64,000 nt of DNA from Candidatus Eiseniibacteriota bacterium. Lineage in GTDB: Bacteria; Eisenbacteria; RBG-16-71-46; CAVPCR01. Where the stretch lies: NCBI GenBank assembly GCA_963823555.1, contig CAWGMA010000003.1, forward strand, positions 64,001 through 128,000, read 5' to 3'. The translations under genes were made by a program, and so were the position numbers. Below the pieces are notes generated by a model. The model saw only the letters and a program-made list of their open reading frames with translations, had not been told where the DNA came from and searched no databases. The stretch's first letter is position 1, and each line of letters starts with the position of its first letter. Below, piece after piece: positions 42,166-53,114 of this stretch.

Positions 42166-45100
42166 CTAGCGGACGAGCACCAGACGATCCTCGAACGCTT
42201 CGCCTTCCACCTCGAGGCGATAGAAGTAGACCCCGGAGGCCACCGCCTGCGCGCCGTCGTTGCGGCCGTCCCAGGCGACCAGATGCCTCCCGGCCGCGAG
42301 CGGTCCATCGCAGAGCGTGCGCACCTGGCGACCCGCCGAATCGTACACGCGGAGCGTCACCGGCTTCGTCGCCCCCGCCGGCCCCACGTCGAAGGTGATC
42401 GTCGTCGACGGGTTGAAGGGGTTGGGCCGGTTGCCGAGGAGTCGCGTGCGGAGGGGCGCCGCGGCGACGGGCCCGGTGCCGGCGGTACTGACCACGGTCG
42501 AGACGAAGGCGTACAGCGAGCCATCGGCGGTGGTGACGAAGAGCATGTTACCGGCGATGGCCGGGGATGAGCGCACCGGGATGCCGAAGTCGAAACGCCA
42601 GAGCTCGGTGCCCGCGGCGACGTCGACGGCGTAGAGGTTCCCGTCATCGGCGCCGAAGTAGGCGGTGTTGTTGGCCACCGCGGGGGTCGAGTTGATCGAG
42701 CCCGTGACTCGCTGGTAAGGGCGCGAGCTGGCGATGGGCGCGCCGACGGCGAAGTTCCAGATGAGGTTCGTGCCGAAGGTCGGCAACCAGCCCTGGAGGT
42801 AAGCGGGGGTAGGGGGGGTCGACTGCGAGTTGCCCCCGTGGACGGCCACCACACGTGACGGCGTCACCACCACGCCCGCCGTGGATTCGGTCTGGCCGTA
42901 GGTTCCGGAGTAGAGGAGCTGGCCCGTGGTGAGATCGTAGGCCTTGAGCCGCTGGCTGGCGAAACCGCCTCCCGCCGTGTAGACGATGTCGCCGACGATC
43001 GCGGCGGAACGGTGCTGATGCGCGCCTCCCACGTAGCTCCAGCGGAGCGCGCCCGTGTTGCGGTCGAAGGCGTAGATGCCGCGGTTGGCCGTGAAGACGA
43101 CGGTGTCGCCGCTCACGGCCGGTGCCGAGTAGATCGAGGGAATGAAATCGGCGACCGGGCTCGCGTCCCCCACGTACTGCCATACCACGCCGCCGGTCGC
43201 CGCATCGAGGGCGGTCATGGCCGGGGTGCCGCCGACGAACACGAGGTTGCCGGAGGCGGTGGGCGAGGTCATCTCCCAGCGGGTCGTCGAGTCGCCGAGC
43301 TGAGCGGTCCAGAGCTGAGCCCCGGTGGCGGCATCGAGCGCGAACACGGTGCCGATCGAGTTGGTGAAGAAGACCCGGCCGCTGGCGACACAGGGTGTCG
43401 ACTTGACGTCGGTGCGGGCCGGGAAGCGCCACAGGAGGTTGCCGCTCACCGCGTCGAAGCAGTTGAGGGCGGCCTCGTTGATGGTGGTGATGTTGGACGT
43501 GCCGACATACACCCGGCCGCCGGCGACGACCGGCGACTCGACGTTGTTGCGCCCGCCCAGGTGCCTCACCCAGGCCACTCGCAGGGGCGGGATCAGGTCC
43601 TCGGGGGTATGCCCGCTGCCCGTGGCGTCGCGCTTGTAGCTGGGCCAGTCGGTGTAAGGATCGGCGGCGGTGACCGAGGCGCGCACCAGCGTGAAGGTGA
43701 TCTGTTCGGTGACGGGGCTCCCCGCCTCGGGCGTCACGGTGGCGGTGAGCGTGTAGTCGCCGTCGGGTGCGGCGGCGGCGTCCCAGGTGCCTTCCCAGGC
43801 CCAGGAGCCATCGGCGGCCAGAGGGTGCGGACCGGAGGACACCGGGCCGTCGAGGGCGAAGCTGGCCGACGTGAAGGGGTCCACCGAGTCGTATGCGTTG
43901 ATCCGCACCGCGACCGGGCCGGCGATCACCGTGTCACCGTCAGCGGGGATCGCGATCCTCGCGTGATCGTCGATCCCGTAGAGGTGGTAGGTGGTCTGGA
44001 TCGCGCCCGGGCTCATGTCGTTGGTGCGGAACCCGCGCGAGGACTTGTCGATGCCGGCATAACGGCTGGGTGGGGTGTTGATGTCGAAGATGCCCTCGAG
44101 GAGGCGCACGCGCGAGCCGTGCCAGTGCCCGGAGAAGGCGCCGACCACACCACCCAGCCCGTTGTAGAGCGCGATCTCCTCGGCCAGCGGCATCGTGTGC
44201 TTGCAGATCACGATGGGCAGGTTCTGCGAGTGTGCCGCCACGATGTCCTGGAACAGCCAGCCGAACTGGATGAACTCGCCGCGCACGTCGACGGCATCGA
44301 TGTCATTGTAGAGGATGAAGTGGATGCCGCCGTGTTCGAAGGAATAGCAGGTCGGGCCGATGTAGTTCTCGAAGTTGGTGACCCGCGGCGTGTCGTCGCA
44401 GGAGTCGTGGTCTCCGTAACCGGGGTGCAGGGGGATGGTGTGGCCGGCGATGCCGGCGAGGAAGGTGTCGAACTGGGGCTCGATGGAGCCGGTCTGAACG
44501 AGATCGCCGGTGATGATGATGAAGTCGGGAAGCTCGGGCAGCTGCTCGAGCTCCGCCAGGTCGGCGGAGAGCTCGTCCCCGGTGTAGGCATCGGTGTCGA
44601 CCTGCATGTCGGAGATCTGCACCCAGCGGAAGACCGGATCGGCGGTCTCCGGGGTGGCGACCAGGCCGAAGTAGACGGTGTCGGGGCTCGCGCCCGTCAG
44701 GCGGTGGAAGAAGGGAGTGGTCGCCGTGTAGCCGCTGGGGACGGTGACGAAGATGAAGCGCGAATCCTGGAGCGGCGTCAAGAAGCTGAACGACCCGTCG
44801 GCGAGGGTGAACTTGACTCCCGGCCCCAGGAAATCGTCGGGGAAGGCCTGGGTCCCGCGCGAAACGAGCACATCCTCGATGCCGGGCTCGCCGGCGTCGT
44901 AGGTCGAGTCAGCGTCCAGATCGAGGAACACCTTGCCCCAGGTGAGGACGGTGTCGGTGTCGGGAACGGCGCGCGCCATGGGCAGCGGATCGCGCAGGAG
45001 CAACGGCGGGCGCGCCTCACCCGTAGCGTCCCCGGGCGAGGGACAGGGTTCCAGCTTCCGGGTGCGGAGGGCGACGTAGGCGTCGATGTAGACCTGCTCG

Positions 45101-45300
45101 ACCTCGGAAGAGAGCGTGGTGCCCGCCGGCAGGGAGGCGGCAACCGCCGCGAAATCGGTCCGGGCGCGGGCGCGGAGCGCCTCGCGATCGATGTCCGGCA
45201 CCTGCGGGCCGGGCGCGGCCGCCCCGGCCGTGGCCGCGACGAGGACTGCCGATAGGGCAAGGAAGCCGATCGCGGCGCGATCGAGCCGACGTGTCTTCAT
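42166..45300 (-). CDS. Secreted multidomain protein: metallophosphoesterase + Ig-like + PQQ-like beta-propeller + FlgD Ig tail
   Basis: Signal peptide from ATG 45300; SDMQ, TGDL, GDHD, SGHWH; repeated ALDAATG..LW; tail NRPNPFNPST...WDGRND...SGVYFYRL. Confidence 0.85.
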   Translation of the reverse strand: MKTRRLDRAAIGFLALSAVLVAATAGAAAPGPQVPDIDREALRARARTDFAAVAASLPAGTTLSSEVEQVYIDAYVALRTRKLEPCPSPGDATGEARPPLLLRDPLPMARAVPDTDTVLTWGKVFLDLDADSTYDAGEPGIEDVLVSRGTQAFPDDFLGPGVKFTLADGSFSFLTPLQDSRFIFVTVPSGYTATTPFFHRLTGASPDTVYFGLVATPETADPVFRWVQISDMQVDTDAYTGDELSADLAELEQLPELPDFIIITGDLVQTGSIEPQFDTFLAGIAGHTIPLHPGYGDHDSCDDTPRVTNFENYIGPTCYSFEHGGIHFILYNDIDAVDVRGEFIQFGWLFQDIVAAHSQNLPIVICKHTMPLAEEIALYNGLGGVVGAFSGHWHGSRVRLLEGIFDINTPPSRYAGIDKSSRGFRTNDMSPGAIQTTYHLYGIDDHARIAIPADGDTVIAGPVAVRINAYDSVDPFTSASFALDGPVSSGPHPLAADGSWAWEGTWDAAAAPDGDYTLTATVTPEAGSPVTEQITFTLVRASVTAADPYTDWPSYKRDATGSGHTPEDLIPPLRVAWVRHLGGRNNVESPVVAGGRVYVGTSNITTINEAALNCFDAVSGNLLWRFPARTDVKSTPCVASGRVFFTNSIGTVFALDAATGAQLWTAQLGDSTTRWEMTSPTASGNLVFVGGTPAMTALDAATGGVVWQYVGDASPVADFIPSIYSAPAVSGDTVVFTANRGIYAFDRNTGALRWSYVGGAHQHRSAAIVGDIVYTAGGGFASQRLKAYDLTTGQLLYSGTYGQTESTAGVVVTPSRVVAVHGGNSQSTPPTPAYLQGWLPTFGTNLIWNFAVGAPIASSRPYQRVTGSINSTPAVANNTAYFGADDGNLYAVDVAAGTELWRFDFGIPVRSSPAIAGNMLFVTTADGSLYAFVSTVVSTAGTGPVAAAPLRTRLLGNRPNPFNPSTTITFDVGPAGATKPVTLRVYDSAGRQVRTLCDGPLAAGRHLVAWDGRNDGAQAVASGVYFYRLEVEGEAFEDRLVLVR

Positions 45301-45712
45301 GCGTTCGTGGGGATACCACCGGATCACGGATGACCTCAGCTCTGGATGTTCAAGGCCGGTGGGCTGGACCTGAAGGTAAGGTGGCGGAGCCAGGCTCCGC
45401 TGGGGAGCGATCACCATCATTATAGGGCAAGGACTGGACTTGCGTCCAGGGAACGGGGCGCGGAAACGCATCGGGCCGGTGCTGAGCCCAGGGGCAGTTG
45501 CCCCAGGATGTCCCCGATCGAGAAGGGGGGAGATCGGGGCGTATCGATCGTTCCGTCGCCGGCGGAGCCTCCGGGTTGACAGCGAGATGGGGCGATCGTC
45601 ACAATTGAGTGCAGAGCAACCGCTTCCTGCCTCGCTGGGAATCCCGCCGCCGCGCCGCGGCGGTGCCATATCCACCGCGCAGGCGGCGCCTGACCGCGGA
45701 GAAGGGAACGGC

Positions 45713-45979
45713 ATGAGCGCGAAGCTCGACGCGGCGGATCTCGTGCAGGAGCTCCGCCAGTTCGCTTTCGATCTCACCTTTCTCGCCCAGGAGAAGCTCG
45801 ATCTCCTCGGAACGCTGCGCGCGATCGCCGAGGAGGGGCGAGTCGGCAATCAACCCGTATCGGTCGCCGTGGTCCATGACCTCAACGAGTGCATCGAAAC
45901 CATCATGTCCAGCATCGAGGAGTTCGACGAGCGCGTCGAGGCCTTGGCGCGGTCTCTGGGGCTCGAACGTCTGGAGTGA
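45713..45979 (+). CDS. Small helical hypothetical protein (88 aa)
   Basis: ATG after GAAGGGA; protein-like composition and GC3-rich codons. Confidence 0.65.
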   Translation: MSAKLDAADLVQELRQFAFDLTFLAQEKLDLLGTLRAIAEEGRVGNQPVSVAVVHDLNECIETIMSSIEEFDERVEALARSLGLERLE

Positions 45980-46005
45980 CGCCCCCTCGCGGAGAAGTCT
46001 CCGCC

Positions 46006-47519
46006 ATGCGTCACCCGTTCGCCTGCCGATCCTGCTCCTTGCCCTGGTCGCCGCTGTCCTGCCGCGCACCGGTGGCGCCACGCTCGTCTGGCCGCCGTCG
46101 CCGGATCGCCCGATCACGGAAGTGCCGGCGGACTACGCGCCGCCCGCGGTTGCCATCGGCGCCGCAGGGGAGATCTACGTTGCGCTCACGCGTTTCGATC
46201 CGCCGGGCACGGTGGGCGTCGAGATCCTGCGCTCGATCGATGACGGCGTGACCTACTCTCCCTACGGCGTCTTTGCCGATCCCAATCCGGAGCACAACTT
46301 CCTCGCGCCGGCGCTCGTGCATCTGACCGGGGCCACGGGGGGCGACGCGCTCGTGGTTGCCCTGCTCGAGCAGACTCCCGATGAGTTCCGCATGCGCGTG
46401 GCGCGCACGCTGGCCGTCGATCCGCCGAGCTGGGAGCTAGAGACCGTGGTGGTGGCCGAGGTCATCCAGGAGCCCGCGCTCGCCGTCGATCCCGAGGATC
46501 CCGATCGCGTGTATCTCGCCTACCGGGCGCCACGCATCAACGGCGGGCTCGAGGTAGTGCTCGACTTCGCGCGCTCCACCGATGGTGGCGCGAGCTGGAG
46601 CGTGCCGGTCGAGGTGGCATCGGCCCTGATCCCGGAGGAGATCACGAGCGCGGCGCTCCACGCCGGTCCGGGCGGGATCGTGCATGTGGGCTGGGTGGTG
46701 CGCGACCTCGTCGCCTCGCGCCTGGCTCATCGCCGGCATCTCACCGGCGGCGACCCGGCGGTCCCCTTCGAGGCGGAGACCGGGGTCGTGGGCGCTGCCC
46801 TCGCGCCGTCGGCGGTGTGCATGAGCGGCAGCACGGGTCCGGATGTGCTTGCGATCTATGCCGCCGGTGACGGCGCGTTGCGGGCCGCGCACTCGACCGA
46901 CGAGGGCGCGACCTTCATCGCCCCCGACGTGCCGCTCGTCGCGGCCGCCGAAGCGGCGGCGGAGTTCGTCGCGGCGCGCGACGATCTCTATGTCTATCTC
47001 CTCTATCGCGCCGGCGGGGACGAGATCCTCTATCGCCCGATCCTGGCCCGGAATCCCGGCGGACCCAGCTCTGCCTCCGCGGTCAGTGACGACGGGGAGC
47101 CGACCTTTGCGCTCGGCATGGCGGTGTGGCCGGGATCCGGGCCGGCAGCGGTGTGGTTGAAGCGGGAGGGCGAGCTCGGACGGCCGTTCCTCGATGCGGT
47201 GTGGTTCGGTCCAGCGGCCATCGATCTGGCGGCCGCGGTACCGGAGCGCGTGAAGGTCGGTGCCAGTCCGAACCCATTCCACGAATCGACCACGGTCGAG
47301 ATCGAGCTCGTTGCGGCAGGATCGATGCGCATCGCGGCCTACAATGCTGCGGGGCGCCTCGTGCGCGTGCTCCACGATGGTCCGCTGCCGGAAGGACGGA
47401 GCCGGATCCCCTGGGACGGGCGTGACGCGAGGGGGGGCCCGGTGGCTGCCGGCAGCTACTACGTCCAGCTCCTGTTCCCCGGTGGCCAGGCCGGCGTGCG
47501 GGCCGTCAGCCTAAGGTGA
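46006..47519 (+). CDS. Secreted BNR/Asp-box (sialidase-like) propeller protein with FlgD Ig tail; probable 1-bp deletion just after the start
   Basis: Asp boxes RSIDDGVTY, RSTDGGASW, HSTDEGATF; tail SPNPF...WDGRD...AGSYYV. ATG 46006 (GGAGA RBS) is out of frame with the signal peptide. Confidence 0.75.
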
Positions 47520-49424
47520 CATCCCGCCTGGCTGCCCGGGCGACATCCCCCCGCCCGCCCGCGCCGAATCCGCCGCCTGGGCCGCCGCCGCCATCTCGTA
47601 CTGGAGCGTGATCGCGCGCCGGGCGGTCGTCGAATCGGTGGGGTCGAGCCGGAAGGCCTTGATCCAGGACGCGAGCGCCAGCTCCGGCTCGCCGCGCAGC
47701 ACATGGAGCCGTCCCAGATCCTTCCAGTAGCGGGCGCGCGTCGAATCGATGGCGATCGCGCGATGGTAGAGAACGAGCGAGGAATCGCGTTCTCCGCCCT
47801 GCTCGAGGGTCATCGCGAGCTGATCGAGAGCGTCGGCGTATTCGGGATCGATGGCGAGGGCCTGGCGGAATGCGGCCCCGGCAGCCTCGAGATTGCCCCG
47901 CCGCCTCTCAGCCACGCCCAGGTTGAAATGGGCGAGGGCGAAGCGGGGCGCGAGCCCGATGGCCTCGCGATAGGACGCGATCGCGCCTTCCACGTCCCCC
48001 GCCTGCTCGCGCAAGTATCCGAGGTTGACCGCAGCAATCGCCGGGTTGTTGCGATCGATGGCGGCGAGGGGGCGGTGGAGGACGAGGACGATCCCGGCGA
48101 CGAGAAGCGCGGCGGGGACGAGCGGCTTCAGGGCGCGGGTGCCGGCGAGCGCGACCAGCGCGACGACGCCATAGCCCGCGAGGGGGAGGAGCGGCACCGC
48201 GAGCGGGAGCCGGTAGCGGGCGGTCACGAAGTAGAGAAGGATTCCGAGGGCGTAGGCGAGGGCGCCGAGGGCAAGGAGCGCCGCCGCGCGGCCAGGGGGC
48301 TCCGCCGAGACGACGGCGGCGGGCAACAGCCCGGGCACCCTCCCGCGGAAGGCCAGGGCGCTCGCCATCCCCAGGATGCCGAGCGCGAGCACGATCGGGT
48401 AGGCGGGGAGCGGCAGGCGCTCGATCGCGATCATCTCCGCGGCGGTCTCGGGGTCCTCGTTGTCGCCCTTCTCGTAGGCATGGAAGAGGAGGGACGCCTT
48501 CTTGCCGGTGAGCCGGAGCCAGTCGCCGGGATTCTCGCCGATCCACTTGAGGGCCTCGTTCCGCCAGTAACGCGAGGACTCGACGAGGCCGACCTCTCGG
48601 CCCAGGCGGCGCGCCGCCTCGCGCCGGTAATCCTCATGCTCGGTGAGGGGGCCCGAGCGCACGAAATCGGGCTGCAGGTTCGAGCCGTCGGCGCCCGGCC
48701 GGTTCCCGACATAGAACGTCTCGCCGCCGTGCGCGGTGATGAGGATCGGGGAACCCGCCACGGCCCAGTTGCGAATCGTCACCGGGGCCACGGCGAGGAC
48801 GAGGCCGAGCGCGGCGATCGTGGCGCCGCGGCGCGAGGCGACGACGAGCCAGAGGATGACGGCGAGCGGCAGGAGAGTCGGCCGCGCCAGGAGCCCGAGC
48901 CCGAGGACGAGTCCCGCGGCGAGATGGCGTGCATCGACGCGCCCGGGCGGACCGGCGCCGCTTCGCGCCTGGTCCGCGGCGAGGGCGAGGTAGAGCGCGA
49001 GAGCGCCGAGGAACACGATCAGCGTCTCGGTGAGGAGGAGATCCTCGTAGAGGAGGAAGGGCCGGTAGAGCGCGGCGAGAAGGCCCGCGGCGAGCGCCGG
49101 GCCGGCGCCGAAGGCGCGGCGCCCGGTCATCGCGATCAGGGCCACCGTGCCGACCCCGAGGGCGTGCTGCACGAGGCGCGCGAGCTCGGCGCTCGGACCG
49201 AAGAGGCGATAGAGAACGCCTAGAAAATAGGCGTAGAGCGGGTTCGCAAAGAAGGCGCCCTGGCCGATCCAGTCGCCCGCGGCGATGCGGCGGGCCCAGG
49301 CATCGTAGAACTCGGCGTCGAGGATGAGTGCGGCCGCGAGCGGGCTCCGCGCGAAGCCCGTCATGTGCGCGATCCGGGCCACGACCGCCACCGCGACCGC
49401 GATGGCGATCGGGTTGGCGAGCAA
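47511..49424 (-). CDS. GT-C (PMT/GT39-like) glycosyltransferase with C-terminal TPRs
   Basis: LDAEFYDAWA, PLYAYFL, LLTETL, FYVGN, ARYRLP, TPR repeats. Confidence 0.85.
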   Translation of the reverse strand: MLANPIAIAVAVAVVARIAHMTGFARSPLAAALILDAEFYDAWARRIAAGDWIGQGAFFANPLYAYFLGVLYRLFGPSAELARLVQHALGVGTVALIAMTGRRAFGAGPALAAGLLAALYRPFLLYEDLLLTETLIVFLGALALYLALAADQARSGAGPPGRVDARHLAAGLVLGLGLLARPTLLPLAVILWLVVASRRGATIAALGLVLAVAPVTIRNWAVAGSPILITAHGGETFYVGNRPGADGSNLQPDFVRSGPLTEHEDYRREAARRLGREVGLVESSRYWRNEALKWIGENPGDWLRLTGKKASLLFHAYEKGDNEDPETAAEMIAIERLPLPAYPIVLALGILGMASALAFRGRVPGLLPAAVVSAEPPGRAAALLALGALAYALGILLYFVTARYRLPLAVPLLPLAGYGVVALVALAGTRALKPLVPAALLVAGIVLVLHRPLAAIDRNNPAIAAVNLGYLREQAGDVEGAIASYREAIGLAPRFALAHFNLGVAERRRGNLEAAGAAFRQALAIDPEYADALDQLAMTLEQGGERDSSLVLYHRAIAIDSTRARYWKDLGRLHVLRGEPELALASWIKAFRLDPTDSTTARRAITLQYEMAAAAQAADSARAGGGMSPGQPGGMSP

Positions 49425-49527
49425 CGCCGCGAGGAACGGCCCGGAAGCGCGCGGGCGCCGGGGCGGTGCAGCTCGCTCGGGGAGCGCGGGCGGGGCCGCG
49501 TGTCCTGGGCCCCGCGTCGCGAACGAC

Positions 49528-50328
49528 TCACCAGAGGAGGGCCTTCACCGCGCCCCAGCTCGTTTCCTCCACGGGAGCCGGCGCGCACGTCGTCAAGTTG
49601 GTCATGATGACGCCCCAGCGATTGCCGATTCCGAGCCCGAGCGTGTTCATGTCGACCCAGTCGCCGTCGGCTCCGGTCTGGTTGATATAGCCGAGATCGG
49701 CGAACCCATCTTCGGCGTTGCGCGCCATGAACCAGTGCGGACCGAAGATCTGGGCGACGACGCGGTAGACGACCCCGACGAAGACCCGCTCGCCATCGGC
49801 GATCGGGACCTGCCGATCGCAGATGTCGTAGACCGAGAAGGACGGGAACTCGGTCTGCAGCACCTGCCGTGCGCCGTAGGCGGCGAGGCCGCAGGCGTCG
49901 TTCGGTAGCCCGCCGACGCTGCGCCAGACGAAGAGATAGAAGGTGTCACCGATGGGCGCCGTCGCGAAGCAGAGCGCGATCTCGCCGATGCCGCCGTCGA
50001 GGCATCCGTTCACGACGAAGGCGAAGCCCGTGAGATCCCCCTCCCGTCCCGATTCCCCCGGCAAGCAGGGGGTCTGGGTGCGCTCGGCGCCGAAGATGCC
50101 GGCTTCGGCATCCAGATCGTTGGTCTGGCCGGTGGTGCAGCCATCACCGGTGAACACCGGAGGCACCGCTCGAACGCCGGCGGGAAGCGCGCGCGCGATG
50201 ACTGCCGCCGGCGCTCCGGAGTCCGGGGCAGCGCTCTCGTCGGCCGGCGCGTTCGTGCTCGTGGTCGCGGCGATCACAGCCAGGGCCAGAAGCACCGGGT
50301 GTAGCGGTCGGGTCGCCATGCCGCGCAT
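49528..50328 (-). CDS. Secreted Cys-rich protein with C-terminal 'PVEETSWGAVKALLW' tail
   Basis: Signal peptide LLALAVIAA; seven Cys; distinctive terminal motif. Confidence 0.75.
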   Translation of the reverse strand: MRGMATRPLHPVLLALAVIAATTSTNAPADESAAPDSGAPAAVIARALPAGVRAVPPVFTGDGCTTGQTNDLDAEAGIFGAERTQTPCLPGESGREGDLTGFAFVVNGCLDGGIGEIALCFATAPIGDTFYLFVWRSVGGLPNDACGLAAYGARQVLQTEFPSFSVYDICDRQVPIADGERVFVGVVYRVVAQIFGPHWFMARNAEDGFADLGYINQTGADGDWVDMNTLGLGIGNRWGVIMTNLTTCAPAPVEETSWGAVKALLW

Positions 50329-50374
50329 CCCTGCCTTTCCTGTGCGGCGCTGACTCAAGGCTAGCCGCTCCCGG

Positions 50375-52171
50375 CTATCTGAGCAGCACCATCTTGACCT
50401 CGGCGCCCGCGACACCGGAGAGGCGCGCGATGTACACGCCCGATGGCGCATCTCGACCGTCTTGATCGCGCCCGTCCCAGACGAGAGCAGTGGTCTCGAA
50501 GGCCGATCCCGGCGCCGTCAGGCGGCGCACGACGCGCCCGCTCGTGGCCACGATGTCGAGGGCGAGCGCGCCATCCAGGGCCGGAGTCACCGGGACCACG
50601 ACGCGGGGGTTGAAGGGGTTGGGGCGCGGGCTTCCGAGGCGCGCCGCGGCGATCGGCGCCGGCTCGGCCGCCGCCACGCCGGACGTGGGCGGTCGCACAT
50701 CGGCGGTGCGGAGCGCGAAGTGCGTGGCGTCGCCGAGGGGGTCCGCGAGCACGGCTGCGGCGTCGCCGGTCTGGTTGTTGGCCACGAGCGTGACGCGCAG
50801 GCGATCGGCCTCGGGCGTCGTTCCCGGATCGGGGAGCGACGGCGGGGCGCCCGCCGGCAGGGCCGGCAGCGTGAAGCCGAGCTCGGCGGCCGGCACGTAG
50901 ACGACCCAGTGCGTCGTCGTCGGCACACCCGAGCCGCCTTCCACATCGGTGAGGACGAAGCCGGCCTGGGCCCACGTCGGGGTCGGCGACACACCCGGGT
51001 TCGTGGCATCGGTGAAGTCGAAGCGCGAGCCCTGCTGCGCGATCTCGGGCGTCAGCATGAACGTGTCCATGACGAGGGTCGCGGGAACGGCGAAGCCGTC
51101 GCGCTTGATGATCCCGGAGAGGAACTCCGGCGTGGCGGCGCTGTCCCCGTGCGTGGCGACCACGGCATTCACGGCATCCGCGAGATCGCCGGCCGGGTTG
51201 AGCGAGGACAGGGTGAGCGCTGATCCCTGGTCGATGAGCCGGCTCTTGCCGTCGTAGAGCACATAGCGCTCGAGCCCTCCCGGCTCGGTGATGCGCGCCG
51301 CGGAGCCGGCCGAGATCTCATCCCCCGCAGGGACCCCGGCAAACTGCACGTTCAGGGTCGGGCTCAGATTGAGATCGACGTCGATGTCGATGACCGCGCC
51401 GTTCGTGATCGCACGGTGGCGCTCGACGCCGACCTCCCGCATCGAGAACGCGTTCAAGAGCGCGAAGAGGTCGGTGCCACCGAGAGCGGTGAGGTCGGCG
51501 ATCGCGATCCGACCGGAGAGACAGAACAGGGACTGCGTCGTCTGATCGGGGAGGTCGATCTTGTAGACCGGCTTCTGGAACACGAGGAACAAGAGCTCGG
51601 TCTGCGTCGGCATGGTCATGATCCCCGGCACCTCGGTGGGACCGATGGGGGCGGGGAAGTTGGCCGTGTCTGGCGGCGACTCGAAGGGTGCGCCGCCGCT
51701 ACCGAGCAGGGTGGTGCCGATGAGCGAGGTCAGATCGAGCGCCGGCAGCGCAAAGCCGATGTCGAGGTTGCCGTCGTTGGACGTGGTCGCGATGTTGAGA
51801 CCGCGCCCGGTGACGCGCGCCACGGGGTCGGGGAGCGTGTCCGGAGCGGCGCGGAGCGGCAGGTGGAGCGTCACCGTGCCGAGCGGTGCCGCGGTGATGG
51901 TCACATAGGCGTGCTCCGCGGTGCCGGCGGTGACCATCTGCGATCCGATGAGCCCCGGGTCGGAGAAGAGGATCGTGCCATCCGGGCCGGTGAGGCCCGA
52001 GTTCCCGGGGAAGGGATCCTCCGCCGCCGGCCCGACGAGAACGAAGGCGCCGGCGATGGGCCCGCCGGTGGCGGGATCGAGGGTGCGGACGAGAAGGGTC
52101 TCTGCCGAGGCGGCCCGGGCGGTGAGAACGACGACGAGGAGAGCAAGGAGTCGCAGGAGCATGGTACTCAT
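50375..52171 (-). CDS. Secreted protein with N-terminal carboxypeptidase-regulatory-like domain and FlgD Ig tail
   Basis: Signal peptide, DPATGGPIAGAFV, tail PRPNPFNP...WDGRD...SGVYIARL. Confidence 0.78.
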   Translation of the reverse strand: MSTMLLRLLALLVVVLTARAASAETLLVRTLDPATGGPIAGAFVLVGPAAEDPFPGNSGLTGPDGTILFSDPGLIGSQMVTAGTAEHAYVTITAAPLGTVTLHLPLRAAPDTLPDPVARVTGRGLNIATTSNDGNLDIGFALPALDLTSLIGTTLLGSGGAPFESPPDTANFPAPIGPTEVPGIMTMPTQTELLFLVFQKPVYKIDLPDQTTQSLFCLSGRIAIADLTALGGTDLFALLNAFSMREVGVERHRAITNGAVIDIDVDLNLSPTLNVQFAGVPAGDEISAGSAARITEPGGLERYVLYDGKSRLIDQGSALTLSSLNPAGDLADAVNAVVATHGDSAATPEFLSGIIKRDGFAVPATLVMDTFMLTPEIAQQGSRFDFTDATNPGVSPTPTWAQAGFVLTDVEGGSGVPTTTHWVVYVPAAELGFTLPALPAGAPPSLPDPGTTPEADRLRVTLVANNQTGDAAAVLADPLGDATHFALRTADVRPPTSGVAAAEPAPIAAARLGSPRPNPFNPRVVVPVTPALDGALALDIVATSGRVVRRLTAPGSAFETTALVWDGRDQDGRDAPSGVYIARLSGVAGAEVKMVLLR

Positions 52172-53037
52172 GTCGTCATTTTACCACCTTTCCTGCCGGC
52201 AATCGTCATCGCGCGCCGGCGCTGGCGCATGACACGAGCGGCGCCGCCGCGGAGGACAGCGCGCGGGACGAGGTGCGTGAGCGCCACGAACAGGCGGTTC
52301 AGGACCCCAGCCGGCCTGAGCGCGGATCCGCGCCTGAGGGCCCGGATGCCTTCCGCCGCCACCGCTTCCGCCGTCATCCAGTCCGCACCACGGTTGCGCA
52401 TCGCCGCCGGATCGTATCCCGCAGCGGCAAAGAACTCGGTGTCGGTGCGGCCGGGGCAGAGGCAGACCATGTGCACGCCATGCTCTGCGACCTCGGCGTG
52501 AACGGCCTCGGAGAAGCTGACCACGAAGGCCTTGGTGGCGGCATAGGTTGCCGAGTACGGCAAGGGAACGAACGCCGCGGTGGAGGCGACCTGGAGGATG
52601 GCGCCCGAGCCCCGCGCGATCATGTCGGGCAGGGCCAGCCGCGTCAGGCGCACCAGGGCGTCGATGTTGAGGCGCAGCATCTCCGTGATCCGATCCGGAT
52701 CGGACTCGCCGAAGGCCCCCACGTGGCCGAAGCCCGCGTTGTTGACGAGAATGTCGATCGGCCGCTGGGCGGCGGCGCTCGCGGCGGCGAACACCTGCTC
52801 GGGCCCGCCGCTCGCGGCGAGGTCGCCGGGGACGATCCTCGGCGCCGGATGGCCGCCAGCTGTGATCTCCCGCGCCAGCGCCTCGAGCCGATCGGCGCGG
52901 CGCGCGGTGATGACCAGCGAGACGCCCTCGCGGGCGAGCGCCAGGGCGATCGCGCGGCCGATGCCGCTCGAGGCGCCAGTCACCAGGGCGGTCCGCCCGC
53001 TGAGCTCGAAGATGGACACGGTCGCGCAGTCTACCAT
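52168..53037 (-). CDS. Short-chain dehydrogenase/reductase
   Basis: TGASSGIG, NNAG, YAATK. Confidence 0.92.
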   Translation of the reverse strand: MVDCATVSIFELSGRTALVTGASSGIGRAIALALAREGVSLVITARRADRLEALAREITAGGHPAPRIVPGDLAASGGPEQVFAAASAAAQRPIDILVNNAGFGHVGAFGESDPDRITEMLRLNIDALVRLTRLALPDMIARGSGAILQVASTAAFVPLPYSATYAATKAFVVSFSEAVHAEVAEHGVHMVCLCPGRTDTEFFAAAGYDPAAMRNRGADWMTAEAVAAEGIRALRRGSALRPAGVLNRLFVALTHLVPRAVLRGGAARVMRQRRRAMTIAGRKGGKMTT

Positions 53038-53114
53038 CCGCCTGCCTGGACTTGTGCCGGGGGACGTGGAATGATCGACCGGTCCGTTTTGGCACGAGCG
53101 AAGGAGGAGATCAG

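Noticed and set aside
53089..53104. Sigma54 promoter upstream of the globin kinase (TTGGCACG)
   Set aside because: No GC at the -12 position; the sequence runs into the RBS.
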